Of a stretch of 64,000 bases of DNA, positions 1 to 9,264 are shown one piece after another. The number at the start of each line of letters is the position of its first letter. Position 1 is the stretch's first letter. The notes under the pieces are model-generated. The model saw only the letters and a list, made by a program, of their open reading frames with translations, was not told the origin of the DNA and did not search any database. The translations under genes and the position numbers were made by a program. Source of the stretch: Candidatus Thorarchaeota archaeon (GTDB lineage Archaea; Asgardarchaeota; Thorarchaeia; Thorarchaeales; Thorarchaeaceae); contig SDNP01000003.1 of NCBI GenBank assembly GCA_004524445.1, forward strand, positions 32,001 through 96,000, given 5' to 3'.

Positions 1-511
1 CTCTCATGGCCTCATTTAATTCTTCTGAGGTCACCTCAGCTTCGGTTGTGGAATCGAAAGCTTCGCCCGCAATGCCGCTCTCAATTTCAAACTCCTCCAG
101 ACGCATGGCGATCTCGTCTGCATTTTCGATTACTTTGGATGTATCCGTGGCATCTCCGAGAAGACCCAATATATCTGCTACGTCATCAAGAGCTTTAGAT
201 GCCTTTGCAGTGGTTTGTGCTCGAGTTACATGAGCTAATATCTTCAAGATTTGAAGACGCGACTTGTCAATTGAAAGAGCGAAACGTCTGAACCTCACCA
301 TTTCTTGTGCATAGGTTCGAAATGCTTCCGTGTTTCCGTTCTTTCGTGCCTCGATTGCTCGCGCCTTCGTATCTCGTTCTTCCTTTTCCAACTTGTTTCT
401 CTGTCGTTCAAGCTGCTTTGATAGAACGCGAAGCTGACTCGTAACTTCGTTGATATCAGGCTTCTTTCGTCCCCATGAGAAGGCTTTCTTGAAGATACCC
501 AATCTGTTCAT
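1..511 (-). CDS. ESCRT-III protein, Vps2/24/46 (Snf7-family); 3' end runs off the window
   Basis: Not in the ORF track because it has no stop inside the window. Manual translation from ATG 511 (or TTG 502): MNRLGIFKKAFSWGRKKPDINEVTSQLRVLSKQLERQRNKLEKEERDTKARAIEARKNGNTEAFRTYAQEMVRFRR...RLEEFEIESGIAGEAFDS. Basic helical hairpin followed by an acidic region; divergent from vps4. Confidence 0.9.
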   Translation of the reverse strand, partial: MNRLGIFKKAFSWGRKKPDINEVTSQLRVLSKQLERQRNKLEKEERDTKARAIEARKNGNTEAFRTYAQEMVRFRRFALSIDKSRLQILKILAHVTRAQTTAKASKALDDVADILGLLGDATDTSKVIENADEIAMRLEEFEIESGIAGEAFDSTTEAEVTSEELNEAMR

Positions 512-702
512 CCTGAAGAAGCAAGATTCTTCTTCAATTTGAATACTAAGGATGCCATTTTAACACTTCGCCGTTATCCAAAAGGCGGCTGTATAAGAAG
601 CGGTAGAGCAACATCTGAAACTAGATTTTTGAAAACTCAGTAGTTTGTGGGCAATACAGAAGCTCTTAACAACCAATACAGCATTTTTCAGACGGGGTAA
701 AA

Positions 703-1926
703 ATGACCGACACGAATGGAACTAGGCTCGATAAAGGCTTAAGAGAATTGCTCGACAGAGCTATCGATCTAGATCAGAGGGGGCTGAAGAAGGAAGCATG
801 CCAAAAATACCTGAAGGCCAGCAAAATTTTGATTAAACTCTCAAATGCAACAAGTCTCCCCTCCGTCCGTAAGCATTACCTCAAACGAGCGCAGGAGTGT
901 GTAGATAGAGTTCGTTATCTATCCGGCATTAGGAAGAAGACTCGAGGACCAGAATTCGGCCTCACAAGGCCAGTCACACCAATCCATGATGATAGCCAAA
1001 AAGGTGAAATGCCAGTTACCAGTCCAACTGAAGAGCAAGACGAAGATGAGATACGACTCAATGAGATGGTTTCTGATACAATTCTTTCCGAGCGCCCTGA
1101 TGTCAAGATGTCAGAAGTTGCAGGACTAAGCGATGCAAAGCAAGCAATCCATGATGCCATTATATCACCCATGAAACACCCGGAGTTCTTCAAAGGTAAG
1201 GCTAGGCAGCCTTGGAAGGGAATTCTGCTCTATGGACCTGCTGGATGTGGGAAGACACTAATCGCCAAAGCGGTTGCAAACGAAGTAAAAGCCACCTTTT
1301 TCAATGTATCAGCAGCGAATATAGTGAGTAAATGGCTAGGCGAGTCTGAGCGATTGGTTAAACACCTCTTCGATTCTGCGCGTAACAACCAACCATCAGT
1401 CATATTCATAGATGAGCTTGATTCTATAGGGGTTTCAAGACGGGGAGAAGATGTTGGAGGGGAACGAAGACTCAAGACACAATTGCTAACGGAGCTTCAA
1501 GGCCTAACAAGCAAGAGTGGCGAAAGAGTCACACTCATTGGGGCAACAAATCTTCCGTGGGACATCGATTTCGCCTTACGGTCCAGGTTTGAAAAGAGAA
1601 TTAATGTTCCACTCCCCGATAAAGCCGCAAGGGTCAGAATTTTCAAAATACATATTGATGACATTGAAGTCGCGCCGGATGTAGACTTCAATGAGCTTGC
1701 TGACTTGACAGAGGGATACAGCGGGAGGGATATCAGCGTGGTATGCAGAGAAGCCGCAATGGAACCTATCAGAGAATTGCAGAGCGATATTTCTCCATCG
1801 GAAAAAGCTTCGTTCAGATTGAGGCCTGTATCAAGATTGGATTTCCTTAATGCGATTGATAATATTCGCCCCGCAACATCCCCTGAAGACATTCGCAGAT
1901 ACAAAGAGTGGGCGGAGGGTTCATAG
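703..1926 (+). CDS. vps4: Vps4-type AAA+ ATPase with N-terminal MIT domain
   Basis: MIT-like N-terminus (LDRAIDLDQRG..EACQKY), PWKGILLYGPAGCGKT, pore loop SKWLGESE, Walker B IFIDELD, ATNLPWDID; ESCRT context. Confidence 0.95.
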   Translation: MTDTNGTRLDKGLRELLDRAIDLDQRGLKKEACQKYLKASKILIKLSNATSLPSVRKHYLKRAQECVDRVRYLSGIRKKTRGPEFGLTRPVTPIHDDSQKGEMPVTSPTEEQDEDEIRLNEMVSDTILSERPDVKMSEVAGLSDAKQAIHDAIISPMKHPEFFKGKARQPWKGILLYGPAGCGKTLIAKAVANEVKATFFNVSAANIVSKWLGESERLVKHLFDSARNNQPSVIFIDELDSIGVSRRGEDVGGERRLKTQLLTELQGLTSKSGERVTLIGATNLPWDIDFALRSRFEKRINVPLPDKAARVRIFKIHIDDIEVAPDVDFNELADLTEGYSGRDISVVCREAAMEPIRELQSDISPSEKASFRLRPVSRLDFLNAIDNIRPATSPEDIRRYKEWAEGS

Positions 1927-1929
1927 TTC

Positions 1930-2646
1930 GTGGGAGTTAGAGAGCGCAAGAAGGAGAAAAAGGAAAGCAAAGAAGAAGCTCGTTCAGAAGAAAAATCAGC
2001 TGAATCAAAAACCGATGAAATAACAGAGCAAGAAGTCCAACCGCTTGAAGGACCCAGTACTACACAGAAAGAAGACAAAACGACGACTGAACCTGAATCA
2101 CGCACTCAGGTCGTTGAAGAAACACCTGCCGAACGAGAGATGCTGTTGCCAACATGGGGCAGTGTAAATGAGTATGAATTGATGTACCATATACCTACTG
2201 GAGAAGACGACCGAGATCTCTGGGCAGATGAATGGGGAGATTTCCTCTTGGAGTGGGCACAAAAGAACACGGCACATAAAATATCACTAGTAACTTTCAT
2301 CACTGAACAACCATTCTCCGATATATTTGGAAAAGTGAAGGCATTCCGTCTGATAGCAGAAAAACTGGTTGACAAAGATGTGGCTGAATGGGTTGGAAGG
2401 AACAAGGGGCAGCTTCGGATTTACTGGAGACCCATAGAAGATTGGGCAGATATCATCTATGCATGGTCTATTGAAACAGGTAAGACTAGGTTGGATGTGA
2501 AGACACTAGTAATCCAAGAAAGCAGCCAGGATTTTGCAAGTCTGCCTGAAGATGAACTCAAAACCATCCTGGGCATTCTGGTGGAACAAGAACTCGCTGA
2601 ATGGGTAGACAAGAAACGAGCGGCAATAAGAATTCGTATTTCTTAG
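1930..2646 (+). CDS. vps25: ESCRT-II subunit Vps25 with charged N-terminal extension
   Basis: Tandem winged-helix pattern WADEWGDFLLEW...IYWRPIEDWADIIYAW; starts 3 nt after vps4. Confidence 0.88.
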   Translation: MGVRERKKEKKESKEEARSEEKSAESKTDEITEQEVQPLEGPSTTQKEDKTTTEPESRTQVVEETPAEREMLLPTWGSVNEYELMYHIPTGEDDRDLWADEWGDFLLEWAQKNTAHKISLVTFITEQPFSDIFGKVKAFRLIAEKLVDKDVAEWVGRNKGQLRIYWRPIEDWADIIYAWSIETGKTRLDVKTLVIQESSQDFASLPEDELKTILGILVEQELAEWVDKKRAAIRIRIS

Positions 2647-2660
2647 GCATAAAGACGGGA

Positions 2661-3464
2661 TTATAAACCATGAGCCGGGCGAGATTCTCGATTGTTTCTA
2701 CGTCTATCTAATATTTCATGATGGTCCTCTTTGTCCGATGCCTTGTGATGTAACCCGGGGAAGTAGTATCTACCGCCGGTACTAAAGCGAATATCAGCGA
2801 CCGCCATTCCGGCATCAACCAAACTCGATAATACTTGACGGGCGTGATCTTCAGACCACTTGAGTTCCATCATTACCTCTTCAACGGAGGTATAGCCCTT
2901 CGTGGCTGCAAGATTGACCACATCAGATTGATCGCCACGTAATTCCAATGGACGAAGCTCGACAACTTTGACGCCTCCCCGAAGTGTTCGTATTCCCGGA
3001 ATCAATCCGTTTTCTGCAACCCTATTGACAGCCTCTATCACATCATTATAGCTAACCGACTTAAACTGCGGCACACGATTAACAACCTCAACAATCAGGT
3101 CTGCAAGACCCATCAATCCTTTTGCCGAGTGTGTCGTGGCAACGTCGAGAACCGCCAATCCAAGATGGTCATAATATTCATCCATTGTGTATCCATCTAA
3201 GACGGGTCTGGCCCTGTTTTGGTAAAATTCGATTAATCCAGCTGCGTCTGGAAATTCATCTAAGATTCTTTGCTGTGCCATGAAGCCACCAACATCAATA
3301 CCCATGCGCCTCATCTCATCCAAATGCCCTTTCACTTCGCTGACTAACGCATCGGACTCCCGCTGGAATGACCTGATATCAACCGCGCCAAGGTCGTACA
3401 TCTTCTTGAGTTGATCTAAGGTAGCTATTGAAGCGTAAAGCTCCTGATGAATATGGTCATGCAT
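2661..3464 (-). CDS. ESCRT-II Vps22/36 (EAP30) protein with N-terminal Vps28-N-like domain
   Basis: C-terminal part YYDHLGLAVLDV..GLMGLADL..VSYNDVIEAV..PLELRGDQ..KGYTSVEEV..LKWSEDHARQVL..GRYYFPGL matches EAP30. Residues ~5-88 resemble the Vps28 N-terminal domain. Confidence 0.88.
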   Translation of the reverse strand: MHDHIHQELYASIATLDQLKKMYDLGAVDIRSFQRESDALVSEVKGHLDEMRRMGIDVGGFMAQQRILDEFPDAAGLIEFYQNRARPVLDGYTMDEYYDHLGLAVLDVATTHSAKGLMGLADLIVEVVNRVPQFKSVSYNDVIEAVNRVAENGLIPGIRTLRGGVKVVELRPLELRGDQSDVVNLAATKGYTSVEEVMMELKWSEDHARQVLSSLVDAGMAVADIRFSTGGRYYFPGLHHKASDKEDHHEILDRRRNNRESRPAHGL

Positions 3465-3650
3465 CGCCAGATATCCCTTCAGACTGATTTCTTGTCTAGT
3501 CTAGACTGCTAAACGAATTTCGTTGCGTGCTCTCTTAAAAGAGAGTATTATTGGGTTCAGGTCCATATTAGCAACATATTCGATTTGAAATATGCCTCTG
3601 AGACCAATTTCCAAAACCAGAAGCTGAATCGTATTGTATTGGCACGTACA

Positions 3651-5012
3651 TCAAGGTGTGATCCTGTCACGGTCTCTAGGCAGCAGACTAGCCTCTCGGA
3701 TGTTCTCTATACCAAGCAACTGCATGGTCAAGCGCTCCACTCCTAGGCCAAGACCGCCATGGGGGGGAGCACCATATTTGAATGGGTCGAGATAGAAAAC
3801 AAATCGGTCAGGATCAAAGCCCTTAGCTTTGAATCTCTCAACAAGTAAATCGTAGAGATGGATTCTCTGTCCGCCCGTGGTGATTTCCATTCCCTTGTAC
3901 GTTAGGTCAAAGCTTTCGGTCATACCTCCGTCAGACATACTTGGCATTGTGTACGCAGGGCGAAGTTCCATAGGATAATGAGTTATGAATACCATGTCGG
4001 CACCGAATTTCTCAGGAAATATATCTGCAAGCATTCGTTCCGATTCTGGGTCTAGGTCATCTTCCAAGGTAATCTCTTTTCCAGCATCTTGTAATAAGCT
4101 GATAACTTCTGCATATTTGATTCTCTTGAAGGGTAGTCTAGGAACATTCAGATCAACCCCCAGAAGTTCCAGCTCCCGACTCGCCTCTTGCTTCGTCTTA
4201 CTAAACGCATGATGGAGCATCTGCTCTTCCATTTTCATCACATCTTCAACTCCACCAATCCATGCCATCTCAAAATCGAAGGAAGTGTACTCATTCATGT
4301 GTCGTGGAGTGTTGTGTTTTTCAGCTCTGAATACAGGTGCAATCTCAAAGACTCTTCCAAACCCGGCCAAGAGCATAAGTTGCTTGTAGAATTGAGGACT
4401 CTGGGCTAGATAGGCTGGCTTTTCAAAATACTTTATTTCAAAGAGGTTTGCTCCACCCTCTGTTGCTGCTGAAACAATTTTGGGAGTATGTATCTCAGTG
4501 AATTCATTCTGTTCAAGAAACTCACGTGCGAATCTGACCAGCGAGTGCTGAATCCGAAATATGGCATTCACTCTTGGTTTTCGGAGGTCTAGGATCCTGT
4601 AGTTCAGTCTCGTGTCCAGGTCTATGTCGACTTTTCCTTCAACTATATCGATAGGAATCGTTTCTGACCAGTTTAATACGCGGATTTCGGATGGAACAAC
4701 TTCAGCACCCGACGGAAGAAAATCTGTCGCAACAACTTCTCCTTTAACGAGCACAGCCGTTTCAGGCTTCAGGTTCTCTGAGATTTCAAAGACTTCTTCA
4801 GGTACCCTCTTTTTCGGGATGGTGATCTGAGTTGTTCCTCGCTCATCACGGAGAATGAGGAATTTTATCTTCCCCTTATCTCTGAGGATATGCACCCAAC
4901 CAACCAAAGTAACCTGTTCGCCAATAAGATCCTTTCCTATTTCATACGAATAGTGGTTTCTTCGATCCTTACCTATGGGGCTTACATCTGCCTGTTTGTA
5001 ATAATCCACCAT
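3651..5012 (-). CDS. aspS: Aspartyl-tRNA synthetase, archaeal type
   Basis: OB-fold GWVHILRDKG, LAQSPQFYKQ, motif 2 FRAEKHNT.RH, motif 3 PPHGGLGLGVERL. Confidence 0.96.
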   Translation of the reverse strand: MVDYYKQADVSPIGKDRRNHYSYEIGKDLIGEQVTLVGWVHILRDKGKIKFLILRDERGTTQITIPKKRVPEEVFEISENLKPETAVLVKGEVVATDFLPSGAEVVPSEIRVLNWSETIPIDIVEGKVDIDLDTRLNYRILDLRKPRVNAIFRIQHSLVRFAREFLEQNEFTEIHTPKIVSAATEGGANLFEIKYFEKPAYLAQSPQFYKQLMLLAGFGRVFEIAPVFRAEKHNTPRHMNEYTSFDFEMAWIGGVEDVMKMEEQMLHHAFSKTKQEASRELELLGVDLNVPRLPFKRIKYAEVISLLQDAGKEITLEDDLDPESERMLADIFPEKFGADMVFITHYPMELRPAYTMPSMSDGGMTESFDLTYKGMEITTGGQRIHLYDLLVERFKAKGFDPDRFVFYLDPFKYGAPPHGGLGLGVERLTMQLLGIENIREASLLPRDRDRITP

Positions 5013-5142
5013 TGAAACGTCCTCGAACAGCTGTTATTTCAAAGCCAGAGGGCTTGGTTATGAGGCTTTTGGAGAGTCCTAGTTGCCACTATTCATATGG
5101 GTATTCGGTTGCTATATCCTTAGAGTTCGGCCTTTGATAAGA

Positions 5143-5379
5143 TTACATTGGGGCAGCAGCTAGCACATAGATCCGTTCGCGAGCATCCGTATCATGTTCC
5201 TCTTCTTCCAGCAGATTCAGCTCTTTCAAACGACTGATGGCATAATTAACAGTTCGTGGAGGAAGAAATGTTCTGGTAATCAGCTGCTGTCTAGAAAGGC
5301 GTCGATTACGCTTTAGAAGAACGTACAAGAATTTCGCAGACGGAGGTAATGCTAAGAATGAGCGCTTGGCAAACGCGAT
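5143..5379 (-). CDS. Small winged-helix (MarR-like) DNA-binding protein; start uncertain
   Basis: The frame extends upstream of the called TTG (5328) to give LPPSAKFLYVLLKR..LSRQQL..LPPRTVNYAISRLKE..DARERIY, typical of archaeal small wHTH proteins. In-frame stop at 5386-5388. Confidence 0.75.
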   Translation of the reverse strand: MAFAKRSFLALPPSAKFLYVLLKRNRRLSRQQLITRTFLPPRTVNYAISRLKELNLLEEEEHDTDARERIYVLAAAPM

Positions 5380-5483
5380 CCCACCTTAGATTTGATGCCA
5401 TAAATATTGTACCTCCATTTTATTGAGTATGATTGGATTAATTGATTAGCAGATAAGCCTTGGCCTTGGAGTAAGGAGAATTT

Positions 5484-6833
5484 TCATTCAGGCTTACGAA
5501 GTATTAATACCCATTCTCCGTCCATTCTTTCTGGTCTGGGAATTTTGATAAAATGTCGAATCAGCAGAGAGAAGAACTTCTTCTCCAACTGGAACCCGAT
5601 TTCTTCTGATGTAGCTATCTCAGAGAGAATCTCATGAGAATGCACCTCGTGTCCTCTAATTGTGTTATTTCCGATGACAATACAATACCTTCCACCCGGT
5701 TTGAGAACCCTCACCGTTTCAGATAGCTGGACGCTCATATCTTCAAAGAATTTGTAGACGATAAAGGAGCGTCGAGGATCTACTTCATGGATGGAATGAA
5801 GCAGTGGATCTAAGGATTTGTATCCTGAGATTCTTAGGTCCTTGTACTCACTCTTGTAAACAGTCTCTGTACCTATGTATTTCCTCTTTCTCTCCGATAA
5901 TGGGGAATTATCTAGCATGTTCAACCAATACATCTCAAGTTGATGGGTTCTTGTGTAATCGACTGCGTTGATATACGGAGGAGAAGTAATAGCCAAATCG
6001 ATAAAATCTGCAGCCAGAGGAATATGAGTTGCGGTTGCCATTGGGAGATGTGTACGAGAAACATCGTTAGTTTGACAATAATCAAGAAGTTCTAACATTG
6101 CTTCTTTCTGCTGACATAGGGATTCTAAGAACAACTCAATGGTTGCTCCGGGCTGTATTCGACGAATCTGTTTCTTGCGGATAACGGTTCTTGTACAGTG
6201 GGGGTCTGCATTGGATACGTCTCTCACGATGGACGAGAAGACGATCCGGAGGAAATCCCTCATTTCAGGACTATAGTTTGGTGCATCTTCACATGTTTCA
6301 TTGATACATTCCAGTATTATCCCAAGTTCGAAGAGGACGAAATCGCGAAACCACTTATCGCGATAATGAAACGAAGGAATTGCAGGTGAGTATGAGTGTT
6401 TTCGAATCTTCTGACGGATGCCATCTCTCAACTGAGGAATAATTCGCTTAAGTTCATTCGATGGCAACGGATTTGTCTTTACCTTTGTTATGAGGCGTGC
6501 AATAGGGTCAATATCTAGCCCAATCCCTACCCTATTTGCCAGCATTGCTTCTAATGGAACAGTGCCACTGCCGCACATGGGATCCAGAACAGTCATACCC
6601 TCGTCCGAGTATTTTCGAATTAGATACCGAGGAAGCTCGGGAAAGAACTTTGCAGGAAATTTATGAATACCGTGAGAAAGAAATGACTGGTCTTTGCTTA
6701 TAATCAGAATTGACCGGTTATTCGGAATGGTAACATCAGGATTGATGTTCCCATCAAACTCAAGAATTTCTGTTTTTGCGACCGAATCATCTTGAAATGT
6801 GTGATTAGCAGAACTGTTCATTTTGAAGGGCAC
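5484..6833 (-). CDS. DNA amino-methyltransferase (probably N4-cytosine, alpha-type motif order)
   Basis: HGIHKFPAKF, SAM-binding VLDPMCGSGT, catalytic ITSPPY, RVLKPGG. Confidence 0.88.
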   Translation of the reverse strand: MPFKMNSSANHTFQDDSVAKTEILEFDGNINPDVTIPNNRSILIISKDQSFLSHGIHKFPAKFFPELPRYLIRKYSDEGMTVLDPMCGSGTVPLEAMLANRVGIGLDIDPIARLITKVKTNPLPSNELKRIIPQLRDGIRQKIRKHSYSPAIPSFHYRDKWFRDFVLFELGIILECINETCEDAPNYSPEMRDFLRIVFSSIVRDVSNADPHCTRTVIRKKQIRRIQPGATIELFLESLCQQKEAMLELLDYCQTNDVSRTHLPMATATHIPLAADFIDLAITSPPYINAVDYTRTHQLEMYWLNMLDNSPLSERKRKYIGTETVYKSEYKDLRISGYKSLDPLLHSIHEVDPRRSFIVYKFFEDMSVQLSETVRVLKPGGRYCIVIGNNTIRGHEVHSHEILSEIATSEEIGFQLEKKFFSLLIRHFIKIPRPERMDGEWVLILRKPE

Positions 6834-7057
6834 TACCTCATCTTTTAGCTGGAGGACAACATCGTCTCTCGGTCATCTTCCAACTACATGATACTTATTG
6901 ATAAAACGGTCTGTTCTCTAGATAAGCATCTGAAAAATGCAAATGGTTATCAAGAAGGGGAACGAAAAACCATATGAAATAGGTGTGGTTAGTGGTTGAA
7001 CAGAGTCTTTGTCAACCCCTATTTAGCCGCATTAATTGATTTGTAGGTGAATATAAA

Positions 7058-7393
7058 ATGGCCAAAAGCAGCATGACAAAATTAGGAGAACTTCTAATAC
7101 TCATTGGAGGCATTGTAGGCCTCATATATGGAATAGCAGCTGTGCTCTCATTTCCGCTCTTCGATCCCATTGGCTTGGGATTAGCAGGAACATTGGGTAA
7201 CATTATTGGTGGGATAATACTGATAGTTGTTTCACTTGTAACGTTGGCTACGAGCGGAGTTATTGATATACCTGCCCTGAAATTGGATAAGAGCTGGATA
7301 GTACTTCTGGTCCTAGGAATTCTGATCTACATCTTTGGTTCTAGCTTAGGTGGAATTCTAGTAATCATTGGAGCTATTCTATTAGCTCTATAG
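7058..7393 (+). CDS. Small Gly-rich ~4-TM membrane protein
   Basis: Hydrophobic throughout; preceded by AGGTGA Shine-Dalgarno; paralog of 8893..9249. Confidence 0.8.
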   Translation: MAKSSMTKLGELLILIGGIVGLIYGIAAVLSFPLFDPIGLGLAGTLGNIIGGIILIVVSLVTLATSGVIDIPALKLDKSWIVLLVLGILIYIFGSSLGGILVIIGAILLAL

Positions 7394-7402
7394 AATTGGT
7401 AT

Positions 7403-7441
7403 GCCCTTGCACCCAATCAGTGCAAGGGCTTGAATTTTTTT
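7403..7441 (+). terminator. Hairpin plus T-tract between convergent genes
   Basis: Perfect 10-bp stem GCCCTTGCAC (7403-7412)/GTGCAAGGGC (7420-7429) followed by a T7 run. Confidence 0.7.
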
Positions 7442-7444
7442 GAT

Positions 7445-8794
7445 TTAAGCAGAATCTTTGATTGCCTTTTCTATCTTATCGACAGCGGAATCCAATTCGT
7501 CCTCTGTTATGATATAGCTTGGAGTTAGTCGAAGACAATTCTGCCCGGATCCCAAAATCCAGAGACCCTGTTTCTGAACAGCATTCTTAATGACACGATC
7601 GCGGAGCTTCGGTGCCTTCTCTTTGCTTTTCTTGTCTTTAACGAGTTCTATGCCCACCATGAGCCCCATCCCGCGAACATCGCCGACGACTTCATTATTC
7701 TCCTTCACTTCCTCTAGGCGTTTGAGCAAATATTCTCCTTTCTCGGCATTCTTCTTGAGATAATCGCCATCTTCGATTTGTTTTAGAATCCATAGAGAGA
7801 GAAGTGACATTTTCGGTTCTGCTGAGAAGGTTTCCGAATGACGACTTCCACCGGTGAACATTGGAGCAGGACCTATTGATGCACCCATAGGATATCCGCC
7901 GCCGAGGGCTTTCGCCATACTGATATAATCGGGAACAACGTCATGGTGTTCAATTGCAAACCATTTTCCGGTTCTGCCCATTCCTGCCTGAACTTCGTCC
8001 GAAATGAAATACGCTCCATGTTCCTTTGTTACATCATACATGCCTTGCACTGCTTTAGGCGGCGGTACAATAAGACCACCTTCTCCACAAAGCGGTTCCA
8101 TTACAGTTGCGGCAATATCGGTCCCTTCCACTTGAAGTGCATACTGCAGAGCCTCGACACATTCCACATTGCAAGACTCCACTTGTTGGCCATACGGACA
8201 GCGGTAACAATAAGGATATGATACACGGATTACATCGATGCCTTGTGGATATCCATTCTTATGTTTGTGATTTGAAGCAGTGAGAGCCAAGGCATATCCA
8301 GTTCGACCATGGAACGCAGGCCTGAATCCAACAAATCTCGTCCTACCAGACAAATCCATTGCAGATTTAAGACAACCCTCAACTGCGCGACCCCCAGAAG
8401 TTGTAAAGACTACTCTCTTCTTATGGTCACCAGGTGCAATATCACCTAGACGCTCAGCAAGAAGTGTTTGAGGGATTGCATCAAAATCCATTCCGGGGAG
8501 TTCACGAACTACATCATTGATACGATTCTCGAATTCAAGATACGGTGGATATCGAAGACCAAGAGCCCTTACTGCCACTCCACCAGTGACATCAAGATAC
8601 TCTCTACCTTCAATATCATAGATTTTTACACCCTCACCGCGGGAATGGTCAAGGCAGCCGTAGACCTCTCGATCCTGCGTCGTAATTGCCAGTGCCTTTG
8701 CGGCTCTCTCCTTCCAATATTCATTTGACATCTGCTTAGAAGTGATTTCTTCAAATCCTAATTCTTTGATGATTTCAATGTCTTTCTCGTCCAT
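7445..8794 (-). CDS. Class III PLP-dependent aminotransferase (GabT/ornithine AT-like)
   Basis: AFHGRT, MEPLCGEGG, SDEVQAGMGRTGKWFA, PLP-lysine MAKALGGG, DVRGMGLMVG. Likely start MDEK at 8794 with GAGGA upstream. Confidence 0.92.
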   Translation of the reverse strand: MDEKDIEIIKELGFEEITSKQMSNEYWKERAAKALAITTQDREVYGCLDHSRGEGVKIYDIEGREYLDVTGGVAVRALGLRYPPYLEFENRINDVVRELPGMDFDAIPQTLLAERLGDIAPGDHKKRVVFTTSGGRAVEGCLKSAMDLSGRTRFVGFRPAFHGRTGYALALTASNHKHKNGYPQGIDVIRVSYPYCYRCPYGQQVESCNVECVEALQYALQVEGTDIAATVMEPLCGEGGLIVPPPKAVQGMYDVTKEHGAYFISDEVQAGMGRTGKWFAIEHHDVVPDYISMAKALGGGYPMGASIGPAPMFTGGSRHSETFSAEPKMSLLSLWILKQIEDGDYLKKNAEKGEYLLKRLEEVKENNEVVGDVRGMGLMVGIELVKDKKSKEKAPKLRDRVIKNAVQKQGLWILGSGQNCLRLTPSYIITEDELDSAVDKIEKAIKDSA

Positions 8795-8892
8795 CGCCAA
8801 CAATCCTCTTGAAATGCTACGCTTAGGCAATCCCATCTTCATTATCTAATTTGCGATTGAGGCCTCATAGGCATGCTGCCCGCTGCAACATG

Positions 8893-9249
8893 TCAAATCA
8901 ATTTCAATAGAGAACCCATGATGACCAGAAGCCCTCCCAGTGTTCCACCAAGGAAGTACATCAATAGACCAATCAACAGAAGAGGAATCCATTCCTGACT
9001 CTTAGAAATTGGCAACTCAATCAATGAACTTGAGATGGCGAGGGTAATAATTGACAGGAATATCAACAGAACCCCTATTCCCAAACTCGTCAGGCTGCCT
9101 AAGATATTTCCAAGCTCAATCGTTGGGAGAAATCGTAGCCACCTGCCAAAATTCATCAGGTAGAGAACCCCATGTAATCCCGTGAGAATGGCACCAAAGA
9201 TAACCAAAAATCTCGACAGTCTATTGGTGTCTTCCAAATTGTCTGACAT
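8893..9249 (-). CDS. Small ~4-TM membrane protein, paralog of 7058..7393
   Basis: Shares W..LL..G.L.Y..G..LGG.LVI.G..L C-terminal pattern with 7058..7393. Confidence 0.75.
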   Translation of the reverse strand: MSDNLEDTNRLSRFLVIFGAILTGLHGVLYLMNFGRWLRFLPTIELGNILGSLTSLGIGVLLIFLSIITLAISSSLIELPISKSQEWIPLLLIGLLMYFLGGTLGGLLVIMGSLLKLI

Positions 9250-9264
9250 GGTACCAGTCCAAGG

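Noticed and set aside
6-233. Plus-strand 75-aa ORF in the track
   Set aside because: Antisense shadow of the ESCRT-III gene on the minus strand.
1497-2405. Minus-strand 202-aa and 99-aa ORFs, and similar Ser-rich antisense ORFs throughout the window
   Set aside because: They lie within well-supported genes on the opposite strand and show no motifs.
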